The notes beneath the pieces are model-generated. The model was not told the origin of the DNA, did not search any database, and was given only the letters and a program-made list of their open reading frames with translations. 64,000 bases of DNA from the NCBI GenBank assembly GCA_964524995.1, contig CAZGDV010000003.1, positions 1,029-65,028 on the forward strand. Reading direction: 5' to 3'. This document shows positions 1 through 10,204 of the stretch, in pieces. The position numbers and the translations under genes are program-made. The DNA is from an uncultured Dehalococcoidia bacterium (GTDB lineage Bacteria > Chloroflexota > Dehalococcoidia > SZUA-161). The first letter of the stretch is position 1. Every line of letters begins with the position of its first letter.

Positions 1-91
1 GGGCCTGATGCTCCTCAGAACGATCCAGCTCTTCGGGTCGAAGGCCGTCAGCGCTCGCTTGCAGGAGATGTAGATAAAAGGAGGACCAGGG

Positions 92-1282
92 ATGAAGACA
101 AGAATACTGCTGCCCCTGGCGATTCTGGTGCTGGCTGGCAGCCTCGTCTTGGGGGCATGCTCGACGAGTGAAGACGAGCAGACCATCAAGATCGGAGTGC
201 TGGCTTCCCTCACCGGCCCACTGGCCCAGGAAGGCATCGAGCATGTCATGGGCATAGAACTGGCCCTTGACGAGGTCGGTTATGAGGTAGCCGGCAAGGA
301 GATCGAACTGATAACGGAGGACATCGGCGTAGACCCGGGCCTTTGCCTGACCAAGGTGAAGAAGCTCAATGAAGTGGACAACGTTGATCTGGTTCTGGGC
401 CCTTCAAGCGTTGGTCAAATCCTGGCTATTCGCGACTACATCGACGAGAACGAGTTGCTGACGATATCTCCCATGTGCCCTACGCCGAAGATGACAGGGG
501 AACTATACACGCCGTACTTCTTCCGCTCGTCGTACAACTACAACCAGGAGAACGCCCTTGCGGCCTACATAGCCTATGAGGAGAAGGGCTATCGCAAGGT
601 AGCTGCAATCTTCGTGGATATCGAGGATGGACACGGGAACTGGGAGCCGTTCAAGGAGGTCTTCGAGGGACTGGGCGGCGAGGTGGTCCTTGAGATCGCC
701 ACCCCGATGGAGACTCCAGACTACGCTCCCTATATGGCTCAGATTGATGCGGAGAACACCGATGTCATCTGGTCCTTCCATCTCGGAGGCGATGCCATAC
801 GCTTCGTGCAGGCGCTGGATGAATACGGAATCAAGGATGAGGTGCCCGTTCTTTGCTCGCCTGCCACGGTCAGCGAGGGTTGGCTGGCACCGATGGGGGA
901 CGCTGCGCTGGGAATCGAGAGTACGACCAACTACAGCCCGGTGCTGGACACACCCGAGAATACAGAGTTCGCGCAGGCCCTTTGGGACAAGGACCAGCAG
1001 CGGCCGACCATACCTATTGAGCATGGATATGTGGCAGCTCGAATGGCAATACTCGCTCTCGAGGAGGTGGACGGGGACGTCAGCGATTTGGATAGCCTGA
1101 TCGAGGCGCTGGAGAACCTCGAATTCGAGGCCCCGCGTGGCCCCATCAAGTTCGAGCAACACACGCCTGTACAGAATCTGTACCACAGAGTAGTAGAGAG
1201 GGTGGACGGAGAGCTGCAGAATACAGTAGTGGGTACCTATCCGGACATCGGACCGGTTTGGGTTCCTGCTGGTCTGGAATAG
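92..1282 (+). CDS. ABC transporter substrate-binding lipoprotein, branched-chain amino-acid (LivK/type I PBP) family
   Basis: 396-aa ORF with a lipoprotein-type signal (LAGSLVLGAC), then a periplasmic-binding-protein-like sequence. It heads an operon with two Liv-type permeases and two ATPases. Confidence 0.85.
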   Translation: MKTRILLPLAILVLAGSLVLGACSTSEDEQTIKIGVLASLTGPLAQEGIEHVMGIELALDEVGYEVAGKEIELITEDIGVDPGLCLTKVKKLNEVDNVDLVLGPSSVGQILAIRDYIDENELLTISPMCPTPKMTGELYTPYFFRSSYNYNQENALAAYIAYEEKGYRKVAAIFVDIEDGHGNWEPFKEVFEGLGGEVVLEIATPMETPDYAPYMAQIDAENTDVIWSFHLGGDAIRFVQALDEYGIKDEVPVLCSPATVSEGWLAPMGDAALGIESTTNYSPVLDTPENTEFAQALWDKDQQRPTIPIEHGYVAARMAILALEEVDGDVSDLDSLIEALENLEFEAPRGPIKFEQHTPVQNLYHRVVERVDGELQNTVVGTYPDIGPVWVPAGLE

Positions 1283-1302
1283 GGCGAGGAGGTTAGTCCG
1301 TA

Positions 1303-2169
1303 GTGCCCCAGGCTGACCAGCTGGCACTGGTACTCCTCAACGGCGTTACGTTCGGCATGCTCCTGTTCCTGCTGGCTGCCGGGCTGGTCTTGATGCTCGG
1401 GGCGATGAACATCGTCAACCTGGCCCACGGCTCCTTCTACATGCTGGGGGGATTCGTCGGCGTCGCCGTCGCCGCGAAGACCGGCAACTTCGCGCTGGCT
1501 GTGCTGGCTGGCATGGGAGCCGTGGGTTTTCTCGGCCTCGTCGTTGAACGATTCTTCCTGCGATACCTTCGCGACCAAATGGCGCAGGTCCTCCTCACAT
1601 TGGGTTTCGTCTACATCATCTCGGACCTGGCCAGAACAGTTTGGGGCTCAGACCCGCTGAGCCTCGCTCCTCCGTCATTCCTGGCGGGGCAGATAGGGAT
1701 CGGAGACTCCTTCGAATACCCGGTCTACCGTCTTGCCCTCATCGGCTTCAGCCTGCTTGTATGGGTCGGTCTCTGGCTGTTCCTGGAGAGAACCAGATTG
1801 GGAGCGATCGTGCGCGCTGGGGCGGATGACAAGGAGATGGTGGCAGGCCTGGGCATCAACATCAAAGTGGTGTTCACTGCGGTCTTCACACTGGCCGCGC
1901 TCCTGGCGGGTCTGGCCGGAGTAGTGGGCACCCGTGTGTTCACAGCGAGCCTGACGCTGGACTGGCAGGTTCTGGGGCTCGCTCTGGTCGTGATGGTGGT
2001 GGGAGGGGTACGGAGCCTGCACGGTGTGCTGTTAGGGAGCCTGTTGATCGGCCTGGTGGACAGGATTGGCACGTTCTTCGTCCCTGAGCTGGCCATGTTC
2101 CTGATCTTCGGAGCTATGGCGCTCGTCCTGGTTCTCAGGCCCTACGGGATCATTCGAGAACATGCATAG
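1303..2169 (+). CDS. branched-chain amino-acid ABC transporter permease (LivH-like)
   Basis: 288-aa polytopic hydrophobic ORF directly after the binding protein. Its end overlaps the next permease by 8 nt. Confidence 0.85.
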   Translation: MPQADQLALVLLNGVTFGMLLFLLAAGLVLMLGAMNIVNLAHGSFYMLGGFVGVAVAAKTGNFALAVLAGMGAVGFLGLVVERFFLRYLRDQMAQVLLTLGFVYIISDLARTVWGSDPLSLAPPSFLAGQIGIGDSFEYPVYRLALIGFSLLVWVGLWLFLERTRLGAIVRAGADDKEMVAGLGINIKVVFTAVFTLAALLAGLAGVVGTRVFTASLTLDWQVLGLALVVMVVGGVRSLHGVLLGSLLIGLVDRIGTFFVPELAMFLIFGAMALVLVLRPYGIIREHA

Positions 2170-3160
2170 AGAGCTATTGTCCGGCGCTAGGGTGAGATGC
2201 GCTGCCTACGTTGTTGGCGGCGTAGTGGTGTTTGTGGTCGTTCCACAGTTCATTTCCTCGTACTACGTGTTCGTGTTCACCGAGATACTCATCTACGGCA
2301 TCTTTGCCCTCAGCGTGAACATGCTGCTCGGATATGCCGGGCTCATCTCGCTGGGGCAAGCGGCGTTCTGGGGGGCTGGTGGATACACTGTGGCTTTGAT
2401 CACCGTGCAAGCCGGGGTGGACAGCTTCTGGCTCTGCATTTGTGCTGCGGTCGTGGTCGCAACAGTGCTCGGCGGCATACTCGGGGCCCTTGCATTGAGA
2501 ACGAAAGGCGTGTATTTCATCCTCTTGACGCTGGCCCTGGCCCAGATGGTGTGGGCGCTCTTGAGTCCTTGGCGTTCGATCACCGGCGGGACCGAAGGCT
2601 TGTATGGGATAGCCAGACCCGACTTGGGACTGCCGTTGTCACTGTCGAGCAGTCTCAGCTTCTACTTCTTCGTTCTGGTGTTCTTCGCTGTGTCGGCATT
2701 CGTGCTCTATAGAGTAACGCGGTCACCTTTCGGTCGGGTCCTGGTCGGGATCCGCGAGAACGAGCAGAGGATGCGGGCACTTGGCTACAGCACGTGGCGG
2801 TATCTGTACGTCTGCTTCATTGTTGCGGCCGCCTTCGGCGGGCTTGCGGGAGCGCTCAAGGTGTATCAGGATGGCTTCGTGAACCCCGCATATGCCAGTT
2901 TGAGCACCTCGGCGCTCGTCCTGCTCATGGCGATGATAGGGGGGACGCGCGTTTTCGGTGGGCCTGTGGTGGGGGCTGGCGTGGTCTGGATCATACGAAG
3001 CGTGGTGAGTTCATACACAGTGTACTGGAACCTCTTACTGGGCGTTTTGATGGTCGCTGTTGTGATGTTTGCGCCGGCAGGTATCGCCGGCTATCTGACT
3101 GGGATCGGGAAGAGGTATGGAATACTTGAGGGTCGAAGGCGTCTCCAAACGCTTCGGTAG
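2162..3160 (+). CDS. branched-chain amino-acid ABC transporter permease (LivM-like)
   Basis: 332-aa polytopic membrane ORF, the second permease of the Liv-type operon. The exact start is uncertain. Confidence 0.8.
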   Translation: MHRELLSGARVRCAAYVVGGVVVFVVVPQFISSYYVFVFTEILIYGIFALSVNMLLGYAGLISLGQAAFWGAGGYTVALITVQAGVDSFWLCICAAVVVATVLGGILGALALRTKGVYFILLTLALAQMVWALLSPWRSITGGTEGLYGIARPDLGLPLSLSSSLSFYFFVLVFFAVSAFVLYRVTRSPFGRVLVGIRENEQRMRALGYSTWRYLYVCFIVAAAFGGLAGALKVYQDGFVNPAYASLSTSALVLLMAMIGGTRVFGGPVVGAGVVWIIRSVVSSYTVYWNLLLGVLMVAVVMFAPAGIAGYLTGIGKRYGILEGRRRLQTLR

Positions 3161-3857
3161 TCTACAGGCGCTGCAGGACGTGTCGCTGACCATCGAAGAC
3201 GGTGAACGGCGAGCGATTATCGGGCCGAACGGTGCCGGGAAGACAACGCTGTTCAATCTGTTCATGGGGGATATGCTGCCTTCAGCCGGTCGGCTGCACT
3301 TGTTCGGGAGGGATATCACCAATGTCCCATCGCACAAACGTGTTCACCTCGGCATGGCCCGTACCTACCAGATCCTGAATCTCATTCACAATGTGTCGGT
3401 CCTTGACAACGTACGGTTGGCTATTCAGGCGACAATGCCCTACCGCTTCGGCGTATTCCTCTCCCAGGACTCGTATCGTGGACTGTTCGCCGAAGCAAGG
3501 GGCCTGCTGGATGCCTGGGGCTTGTGGGACAAGCGCAACGATCGAGTCGAGGACCTGTCCTACGGCGAACAGCGGCACGTGGAACTGATCATGGCCCTCG
3601 CGTCGAAGCCCAAGCTCCTGCTGCTGGACGAGCCCACCAGCGGTCTCTCCGAGGCTGAAGGTGCCGAATTCGTCAAACGAATACGCGAACTCGGGCGGGA
3701 GACCACGCTGGTGGTCATCGAGCACGATATGGACGTAGTGTTCGGGCTGGCTGATATGATCACAGTCCTTCATCAAGGGCAGGTGATAGCGGAGGGCTCG
3801 GAACAGGAGATCAAGGGAGACATCAAGGTGAGAGAGGTATTCCTGGGTGAGCACTAA
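3117..3857 (+). CDS. ABC transporter ATP-binding protein (LivG-like)
   Basis: Walker A GPNGAGKTT, signature LSYGEQRHVEL, Walker B LLLLDEP. Confidence 0.9.
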   Translation: MEYLRVEGVSKRFGSLQALQDVSLTIEDGERRAIIGPNGAGKTTLFNLFMGDMLPSAGRLHLFGRDITNVPSHKRVHLGMARTYQILNLIHNVSVLDNVRLAIQATMPYRFGVFLSQDSYRGLFAEARGLLDAWGLWDKRNDRVEDLSYGEQRHVELIMALASKPKLLLLDEPTSGLSEAEGAEFVKRIRELGRETTLVVIEHDMDVVFGLADMITVLHQGQVIAEGSEQEIKGDIKVREVFLGEH

Positions 3858-4569
3858 CGGCCCCATCCTCCAGTTAACGGACGTCCATACTTACTACGGA
3901 GACAGCTATGTCCTTCAGGGGGTCTCACTGGAGGTCGAGGAGGGTTCTGTGGTAGCGCTCATGGGGCGCAACGGCACAGGCAAGACAACCGTCATCAACT
4001 CCGTCATCGGCTTCGTGCACGCCAGTCAGGGCACTATCCGATTCCGGGGAATGGATATCACCCGGACCGCTCCGGATCGAATTGCCCGAATGGGCATTGG
4101 GCTCGTCCCGCAGGGCCGGAGGATATTCCCGTCCCTGAGCGTCAAGGAGAACCTGGTCATAGCCGCGCGCAAGGGCTCTCGGCGCAAGGTACGTTGGGAC
4201 CTGGATGCGGTGCTCTCGGTGTTCCCTGCCTTGAAGGAGCGCCTCAATTCAAGGGGACATACCCTCAGCGGGGGCGAGTTGCAGATGTTGGCGATAGCCA
4301 GAGCCCTGATGACCAATCCGACACTGTTGCTTCTCGACGAGGCTTCCGACGGTCTGTCGCCTGTCGCTATGCTCGAGGTGATGCGGGTTGTAGGACACCT
4401 CAGACAAGAGGAAGGCCTGTCGGTGCTGCTCGTCGCTCAGAATCCGAAGTTGGCGCTCGACCTGTCCGACTACGTGTACGTCATGAGCAAGGGCAAGGTG
4501 GCTCACGCGTCGAAACCTGGTGACCTGGTGGGCAACCCTGACGTCATGGCCAAGTATCTGGGGCTGTGA
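3847..4569 (+). CDS. ABC transporter ATP-binding protein (LivF-like)
   Basis: Walker A GRNGTGKTT, signature LSGGELQML, Walker B LLLLDEA. Overlaps the preceding ATPase gene. Confidence 0.9.
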   Translation: MSTNGPILQLTDVHTYYGDSYVLQGVSLEVEEGSVVALMGRNGTGKTTVINSVIGFVHASQGTIRFRGMDITRTAPDRIARMGIGLVPQGRRIFPSLSVKENLVIAARKGSRRKVRWDLDAVLSVFPALKERLNSRGHTLSGGELQMLAIARALMTNPTLLLLDEASDGLSPVAMLEVMRVVGHLRQEEGLSVLLVAQNPKLALDLSDYVYVMSKGKVAHASKPGDLVGNPDVMAKYLGL

Positions 4570-4604
4570 CTGTCCCAGCATCGTTTGCGTTTCCCGTCCC
4601 GGTC

Positions 4605-4633
4605 TTGACTAGATCATCTGTTCGCGTTATAGT
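4605..4633 (+). promoter_or_regulatory. sigma70-like promoter (TTGACT-17 nt-TATAGT) upstream of the radical SAM gene
   Basis: TTGACT at 4605-4610 and TATAGT at 4628-4633 with a 17-nt spacer, about 35 nt upstream of the ATG at 4669. Confidence 0.5.
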
Positions 4634-4668
4634 CAGCATACTCCACTGGACCGCAAGGGTGGCGAACG

Positions 4669-5862
4669 ATGGACCGGGTCGACAAACTGCAGATGCTTGT
4701 CGGCGGCGCTCAATACGATGTTTGTAGCACGACCGCTGACGTCTCTAGGCGAGGACCCGGGCACACTCGCACGGGCGCCATTTACCATGCCGTAGTACCC
4801 GGCGGCACGGTGCCTCTGTTCAAAGTGCTCCTGACCAACGTCTGCGTGAACGACTGCGCGTATTGTGCGAACAGATCCGCAAGGGACATCCCCCGTTCTA
4901 CCTTCCAGCCCGATGAGCTGGCCAAGACGTTTATGGACCTGTACCGGAAGCGACGAGTCAAGGGCCTCTTCCTTTCGTCGGGAGTCGCCCATAATGCGTC
5001 ACGTACGCAGGAAGATATGGTCAAGGTTGTCGAGATACTGCGCCACCGGCATCAGTTCGATGGATACGTGCATCTGAAGATACTGCCTGGTGCCCCCATG
5101 GACTGCGTCGAGGCGGGCTGCAGGCTGGCGACGCGGGTCTCGGTGAACATGGAGGCACCGACGGCGCAGCATATGGTGCGCCTCAGTCGCCGGAAGAATC
5201 TGCGTGAGGACATTGTGGACCGGATGCGCTGGGCCAGAGACTTGATGTTGACAGAGGAGGGGGTGGTGCCGTCGGGCCAGACGACTCAGTTTGTTGTGGG
5301 AGCGGCCGGGGAGAGTGACCGCGATATTCTTCGCACCAGCGCGGCGCTGTGCAACGAGATGGAGTTGCGGAGGGTATACTTCAGCGCCTTCAGACCTGTG
5401 AGCGGCTCACCGCTCGAAGGTGTCGGTGCCGCGCCGCCTGTGCGAGAGCATAGGCTGTATCAGGCTGAATGGCTGATCAGGGTCTACGGGTTTCCCATGC
5501 AGGAGGTAGAGCTGGCCTTTGGAGAGAGAGGCAATCTGCCCTGGACTAAGGACCCGAAGCTGGCCATTGCCCAGAGAGAGCCCTGGCTGTTCCCTGTGGA
5601 TGTGAACACGGCAACGTATGATGAACTGCTTCGTGTGCCGGGGATCGGCCCCGTGTCAGCCGCGAGGATCTTGGAGGGCAGGCGCGATCATTCCGTATTC
5701 TCGCTCCAGCAATTGAAGAAAATGGGGGTTCCCACGAAGCGCGCGCTGCCGTACATTTGGTTCCAGGGTATGCTTCCGGCGGAGAGGCAAGTAAGCTTCC
5801 TGCCGGAGTTGGACGAAGAAGAATGCGACCCCGCGCCGGCCCTGGCCGAGTGCCTGGGTTAG
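4669..5862 (+). CDS. radical SAM protein with C-terminal helix-hairpin-helix (putative DNA modification/repair radical SAM family)
   Basis: CxxxCxxC cluster motif (CVNDCAYC). C-terminal HhH motif (YDELLRVPGIGPVSAARIL). Confidence 0.7.
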   Translation: MDRVDKLQMLVGGAQYDVCSTTADVSRRGPGHTRTGAIYHAVVPGGTVPLFKVLLTNVCVNDCAYCANRSARDIPRSTFQPDELAKTFMDLYRKRRVKGLFLSSGVAHNASRTQEDMVKVVEILRHRHQFDGYVHLKILPGAPMDCVEAGCRLATRVSVNMEAPTAQHMVRLSRRKNLREDIVDRMRWARDLMLTEEGVVPSGQTTQFVVGAAGESDRDILRTSAALCNEMELRRVYFSAFRPVSGSPLEGVGAAPPVREHRLYQAEWLIRVYGFPMQEVELAFGERGNLPWTKDPKLAIAQREPWLFPVDVNTATYDELLRVPGIGPVSAARILEGRRDHSVFSLQQLKKMGVPTKRALPYIWFQGMLPAERQVSFLPELDEEECDPAPALAECLG

Positions 5863-5867
5863 ATGGC

Positions 5868-7364
5868 TTAGAGCTCGATTTCCTTCAAGCCAGGTGACAC
5901 GGTCAGCCTTGGCCCAGTAATCGACTGTACGTCGTCAGCCGTCCAGCCGGGCGCTACCTCCGTCAGCAGCAGACCTTCTTCAGTCACCTCGATCACCGCA
6001 ACGTCAGTCACTATCAGGTCCACACACTGCATCCCCGTGAGGGGACAGGTGCACTCCCTGAGGATCTTGGGCTTGCCGTCACGAGTTGTGTGCTCCATTG
6101 TGGCTATGAGCCGCTTCGCGCCGGCAGCGAGGTCCATACCACCGCCAATCGTTCCACCCAGGGGATCGCTGCCCGTATTCCAGTTAGCCAGGTCTCCCCT
6201 CTCCGACACTTGTAGAGCGCCCAGAATCGATATCAGACGGCCACTCCTGATCATGCCGAAGGAATTCAGGAGGTCCAGGAAAGCCATGCCAGGCGCGGGT
6301 CTCCAGAACCGCCCCCCGGCATCGACGTGGTGGAAGGCGGCCTTGTCGATCTCGTCCTCCATGAGCAACGGGCCGTATCCGAGCACGCCGTTCTCGGACA
6401 TAAACGTAACCCCTTCGGGCATGTAGAGTGCGCACAGGTTTGGTATGCCGATGCCCAGGTTGACACAGTCCCCGTCGCGCAGTTCCTTGGCGGCACGCAT
6501 CGCGATCGTGTCTCGGTCGAGGCACCTCTTGCCGCCGTGTGTGGGCACTGCCTCCTGACTGTCGTCGCATGCCTGTGGCCGGAAGACCATCTTGCGCGCC
6601 AGCTCGATGTCCCCGAGCCTCGCTATCAGCTCCTTCTGCTTGCGATCTGTACCGAGGCCGTCCTGCGGAATCTGTACGATGCGGTCGACGAAGACGCCGG
6701 GCGTAACCACGTGCTCGGGATCGATCTCTCCTGGTTCTACGATTTCGTCGACCTCGGCGATCGTCGCCGCTGCCGCCATAGCCATCAGAGGCTGGTCGGT
6801 TCGGTGCACGCCCTGGTAGACGAGGTTTCCGAATCGATCGGCTCGATGAGCCCGTACGAATGCATAGTCGGTCCTTATGGGCTCTTCGAGCAGGTAGTCC
6901 TTCCCTTTGATGGCTCTCTTCTCCTTGTTCTCTGAGAGCACTGTTCCCACCCCTACGGGGTTGTAGAATCCACCCAGCCCCATGGCACCCGCGTAAATCC
7001 TTGAGACGAGAGTCCCGTGTGTCGTTAGCTCGACCTCGAGTCCGGCCTCGACGTATTCCTTGACGAAGGCTCCCGCACCAAGCTGCTGGAAGCCTACGAC
7101 GGACGATACCAGCTTACCCATCTGTGGCAGAAGGACGGGAGGCATGATGATCTCGTCTTCGTTGCCGATGGGCAGCGGTACGAAGTTGTGCGTTACGATC
7201 GTGAGGTTCCTCGTACCCCGTCTACGGAGCGCTGCTATAAGGTTCTGGGCGGTTCCGGCGAAACCCCAGCACTCCATGAATATCGAGGCACCGTCGGGGA
7301 TGTCGGCTACAGCGTCGTCGAAGCTACTGAACACCTTATTCTTCATGTCGCACCGCTCCTCCAA
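5868..7364 (-). CDS. 3-oxoacid/acyl-CoA:acetate CoA-transferase, fused A and B subunits (family I)
   Basis: The N-terminal half resembles subunit A. The C-terminal half resembles subunit B, with the catalytic-Glu motif SENG (FMSENGVLGYGP). The probable true start is MKNKVF at 7346. Confidence 0.8.
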   Translation of the reverse strand: MEERCDMKNKVFSSFDDAVADIPDGASIFMECWGFAGTAQNLIAALRRRGTRNLTIVTHNFVPLPIGNEDEIIMPPVLLPQMGKLVSSVVGFQQLGAGAFVKEYVEAGLEVELTTHGTLVSRIYAGAMGLGGFYNPVGVGTVLSENKEKRAIKGKDYLLEEPIRTDYAFVRAHRADRFGNLVYQGVHRTDQPLMAMAAAATIAEVDEIVEPGEIDPEHVVTPGVFVDRIVQIPQDGLGTDRKQKELIARLGDIELARKMVFRPQACDDSQEAVPTHGGKRCLDRDTIAMRAAKELRDGDCVNLGIGIPNLCALYMPEGVTFMSENGVLGYGPLLMEDEIDKAAFHHVDAGGRFWRPAPGMAFLDLLNSFGMIRSGRLISILGALQVSERGDLANWNTGSDPLGGTIGGGMDLAAGAKRLIATMEHTTRDGKPKILRECTCPLTGMQCVDLIVTDVAVIEVTEEGLLLTEVAPGWTADDVQSITGPRLTVSPGLKEIEL

Positions 7365-7388
7365 GCGTCCATATGAGTGCTGCGGACC

Positions 7389-8651
7389 CTAGCTGAGAAA
7401 AGACCGGCGACCGTCCCAATAGGTCTCTCTCTCGAGTATGGTTGCGGCCCCCGCTCCCCAGGCTCCGCATATGGCGGCCAGTCCGTACCTGGATTCCCTG
7501 CGATTCATCTCGTGCGCCAGGGTGCCAAGGATTCGGATGCCGCTCGCCCCCACGGGATGGCCTATGCAGCAGGCCCCGCCATTGACATTCACACGGTCTG
7601 GGTCGAGGTCCATTTCCTTGATCTGCATGAGTGGCAGTACGGCAAACGCCTCGTTCACTTCGATCAAGTCCATTTGGTCGGCAGACAGGCTGGCGCGCTC
7701 AAGAGCCTTCTTTGATGCTGCAATCGCGCCGTAGCCCATGATGGTGGGGTCGACACCCACCCACGCCATGCTTCTGAGCGTGGCCATCGGTACGAGCCCC
7801 AACTGCTGCGCCTTCTCCTTTGATGTGAAGATAGAAGCCGCTGCCCCGTCGTTCTCGCCGGATGTGCTCGCGGCGCACACGGTTCCATCTGACGCGTAGA
7901 GAGGAGGAAGCCCCCGGACTTTGTCAATGCTGGAATCCGCCCGAACGCCCTGGTCCCAGTCAACAAGCTGCGACGATCCGTCCGCGTTTGGCACCTGAAT
8001 TGGGATGATTTCGTGTTTGAACCTGCCTTGACTCTGCGCAGCCGCCGCTCTCAGATTGGTGCGAACTGCCCACTCATCCTGTTCCTCCCTGGTGACCTTA
8101 AACATGCCAGCCAGCCTCTCGGCGATGAGGCCCATACTGGCAACGAGATTAACGTCAAGACGATCGAGAACCTTGGCGTTGGGCATGGCCCGCGCCTTGG
8201 CGTACTCCTCGATCAACGCAGTGATGTCAGTCTCTTCGGTGATGAGAGGTGTGGGGAAGTGGGAGTGGCTCTCCATGCCGCCGGCCACCACGATGTCCGC
8301 AAGGCCAAGCTGTATCGTCATGCAAGCTATGTGGGCGGCTGTCATGCTGGAGCAGCACGCCCGCTCGACACTCAAACCCGCCACTTCGAACGGGCATGTC
8401 ATCAGGCTCACGCTCGTGCCCGGATTGGCCTGTTCGCCGACCTGGTTGACCGTTCCCATTATGATCTCATCGACCGTGACAGGCTCTATGCCGGTGCGTT
8501 TGAATAGTGCCTCAACGACAGTAGCGGCGAGATCATCCGCCCGCATGTGCTCGAAAAAGCCGGGCGTCTTCCTGTTGGCCAGGCCGAATGGCGTCCTGGC
8601 GAAATCGAGGAGAACGGCGTCCTGTACTTCCCTCATAGGCTCCTTTCTCAA
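7389..8651 (-). CDS. acetyl-CoA acetyltransferase (thiolase)
   Basis: Thiolase hallmarks: active-site region VERACCSSM, C-terminal NVNGGACCIGHPVGASG and GLAAICGAWGAG. Confidence 0.9.
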   Translation of the reverse strand: MRKEPMREVQDAVLLDFARTPFGLANRKTPGFFEHMRADDLAATVVEALFKRTGIEPVTVDEIIMGTVNQVGEQANPGTSVSLMTCPFEVAGLSVERACCSSMTAAHIACMTIQLGLADIVVAGGMESHSHFPTPLITEETDITALIEEYAKARAMPNAKVLDRLDVNLVASMGLIAERLAGMFKVTREEQDEWAVRTNLRAAAAQSQGRFKHEIIPIQVPNADGSSQLVDWDQGVRADSSIDKVRGLPPLYASDGTVCAASTSGENDGAAASIFTSKEKAQQLGLVPMATLRSMAWVGVDPTIMGYGAIAASKKALERASLSADQMDLIEVNEAFAVLPLMQIKEMDLDPDRVNVNGGACCIGHPVGASGIRILGTLAHEMNRRESRYGLAAICGAWGAGAATILERETYWDGRRSFLS

Positions 8652-8880
8652 TGTCAGCTCTTCTGAGGTCTACATACCTGCCTTGCAGAACTGAATTCAG
8701 GAATAATGTTGCGATCCTGGCAGTGCTGGCTGGCAACTAGCAGAATGTGAAGCTCGGGTAGCTGATTATAGGCTGAGTCTGGGGGAAACGCAAGCCTAGC
8801 ATATTGCGCAGCACTTGACGTCGGCATTAACATTGTCGTAAGCGCAGGGGAACTGCAGACCGGAGGCAGACGGCGAGCCA

Positions 8881-9456
8881 ATGCGAACAGAAGTCCTGCT
8901 GCCAGCGCTCTTCCTCGTTCTTGCAGTGATCGGATGCGGTGCAGGCGAGTCGGCTTCGCCGACCGCCGGGGAAATCCCAGGGGAGGTAGGTGCAATGGGA
9001 ATGAGGATCACGAGTACAGCCTTTCAAGGCAACGACACGATACCGGCCAAGTACACCTGTGACGGCCAAGATGTCTCCCCGCCAGTGCAGTGGGAAAGCG
9101 TCCCGGAGGGCACGAAGAGCCTTGCCCTCATAGCCGATGATCCGGATGCGCCCGTCGGGACATGGGTCCACTGGATCATATACGATATGCCGGCCGATGC
9201 TACAGGCCTGCCGGAGGGCGTAGAAGACGACGGGGAGCGCGCCGACGGCAGCCGACAAGGCAAGAACAACTGGAATCGCCTGGGCTACGGCGGCCCTTGT
9301 CCTCCAGGTGGCACCCATCGCTACTTCTTCAAGCTGTACGCGCTCGACTCCAAGCTCGGCCTGCCCGCTGGCGCAGGCGTCAAGCAGGTCATGGACGCCA
9401 TGGAGGGGCATATCCTGGCCCAGGCCGAACTGATGGGCAAGTACGCAAGGAAGTAA
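8881..9456 (+). CDS. YbhB/YbcL (PEBP, Raf-kinase-inhibitor-like) family lipoprotein
   Basis: Lipoprotein signal (LAVIGCG). PEBP signature DPDAPVGTWVHW ... GYGGPCPPGGTHRYFFKLYALD. Confidence 0.85.
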   Translation: MRTEVLLPALFLVLAVIGCGAGESASPTAGEIPGEVGAMGMRITSTAFQGNDTIPAKYTCDGQDVSPPVQWESVPEGTKSLALIADDPDAPVGTWVHWIIYDMPADATGLPEGVEDDGERADGSRQGKNNWNRLGYGGPCPPGGTHRYFFKLYALDSKLGLPAGAGVKQVMDAMEGHILAQAELMGKYARK

Positions 9457-9562
9457 GTAGGTTCGGCTCCGAACCAGCGCCTATCGGTTCCTAGGCCTTG
9501 CCTGGCAGGTGCCGCTTGTTGCCACCCTTTGCAAGTCCTCCGGTCTATGAACGATCACTCTC

Positions 9563-10201
9563 CTACCGCAACTCCCGTAGGAAGACCCTGGCTGGCGCTC
9601 CGTCGGCGTCTTGGACTTTGATGGGGAGGCATATCAACTCATAATCCCCCGAGGGCACGGTGGACAGGTCCAGCCCCTCGACGATTACGACGCCCGCCTC
9701 CAGCAGCGTGCGATGGGTGAGGTGCCCCTCCGCTTTGTATTTCTCGATCGAGAGATAGTCGATACCAACGAGCCTGATCCCCAGACCCACGAGATAGGAG
9801 GCAGCATCGTCGGACAGGTAAACGAATCCACTTTCGAACTCCGCCCTGTCCAGAATGGCTGAGTTGCGGGTAGCGAAAAGCACTCTTGTTACGCCGTTGA
9901 GGTCCAGGGTATCCAGCACGAGGCGATCGATGTGCTCGACGTCCGGCAGCCGGAACAGGCGCGCTGGCCCCACAAGAATGGCCGGGTCTATGGCATCAAC
10001 ACCCGGCGCTCCTTCGATGAAGTGACGTGGTGCATCAACGTGAGTCCCAGTGTGCGTCCCTATCAGAAGCTGCGACAGGTTGCTGGAGTCACCACGTGTT
10101 ATGGACTTGAGCGGGGTCAGCTCGACACCGGCATCGCCGGGCCAGATCAGCATACCGGGGCGGACTGTCAGGCTAACGTCATACATTCGCGGCTGTGCCA
10201 T
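9563..10201 (-). CDS. cyclase family protein (kynurenine formamidase-like)
   Basis: HxGTHxDxPxH motif (GTHTGTHVDAPRHF) typical of the putative cyclase / arylformamidase family. Confidence 0.8.
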   Translation of the reverse strand: MAQPRMYDVSLTVRPGMLIWPGDAGVELTPLKSITRGDSSNLSQLLIGTHTGTHVDAPRHFIEGAPGVDAIDPAILVGPARLFRLPDVEHIDRLVLDTLDLNGVTRVLFATRNSAILDRAEFESGFVYLSDDAASYLVGLGIRLVGIDYLSIEKYKAEGHLTHRTLLEAGVVIVEGLDLSTVPSGDYELICLPIKVQDADGAPARVFLRELR

Positions 10202-10204
10202 AAT

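Noticed and set aside
9460-9475. Hairpin GGTTCGG-CT-CCGAACC after the PEBP gene as a terminator
   Set aside because: The loop is too tight unless the stem is shortened to 5 bp, and no T-tract follows. The support is too weak to list as a feature.
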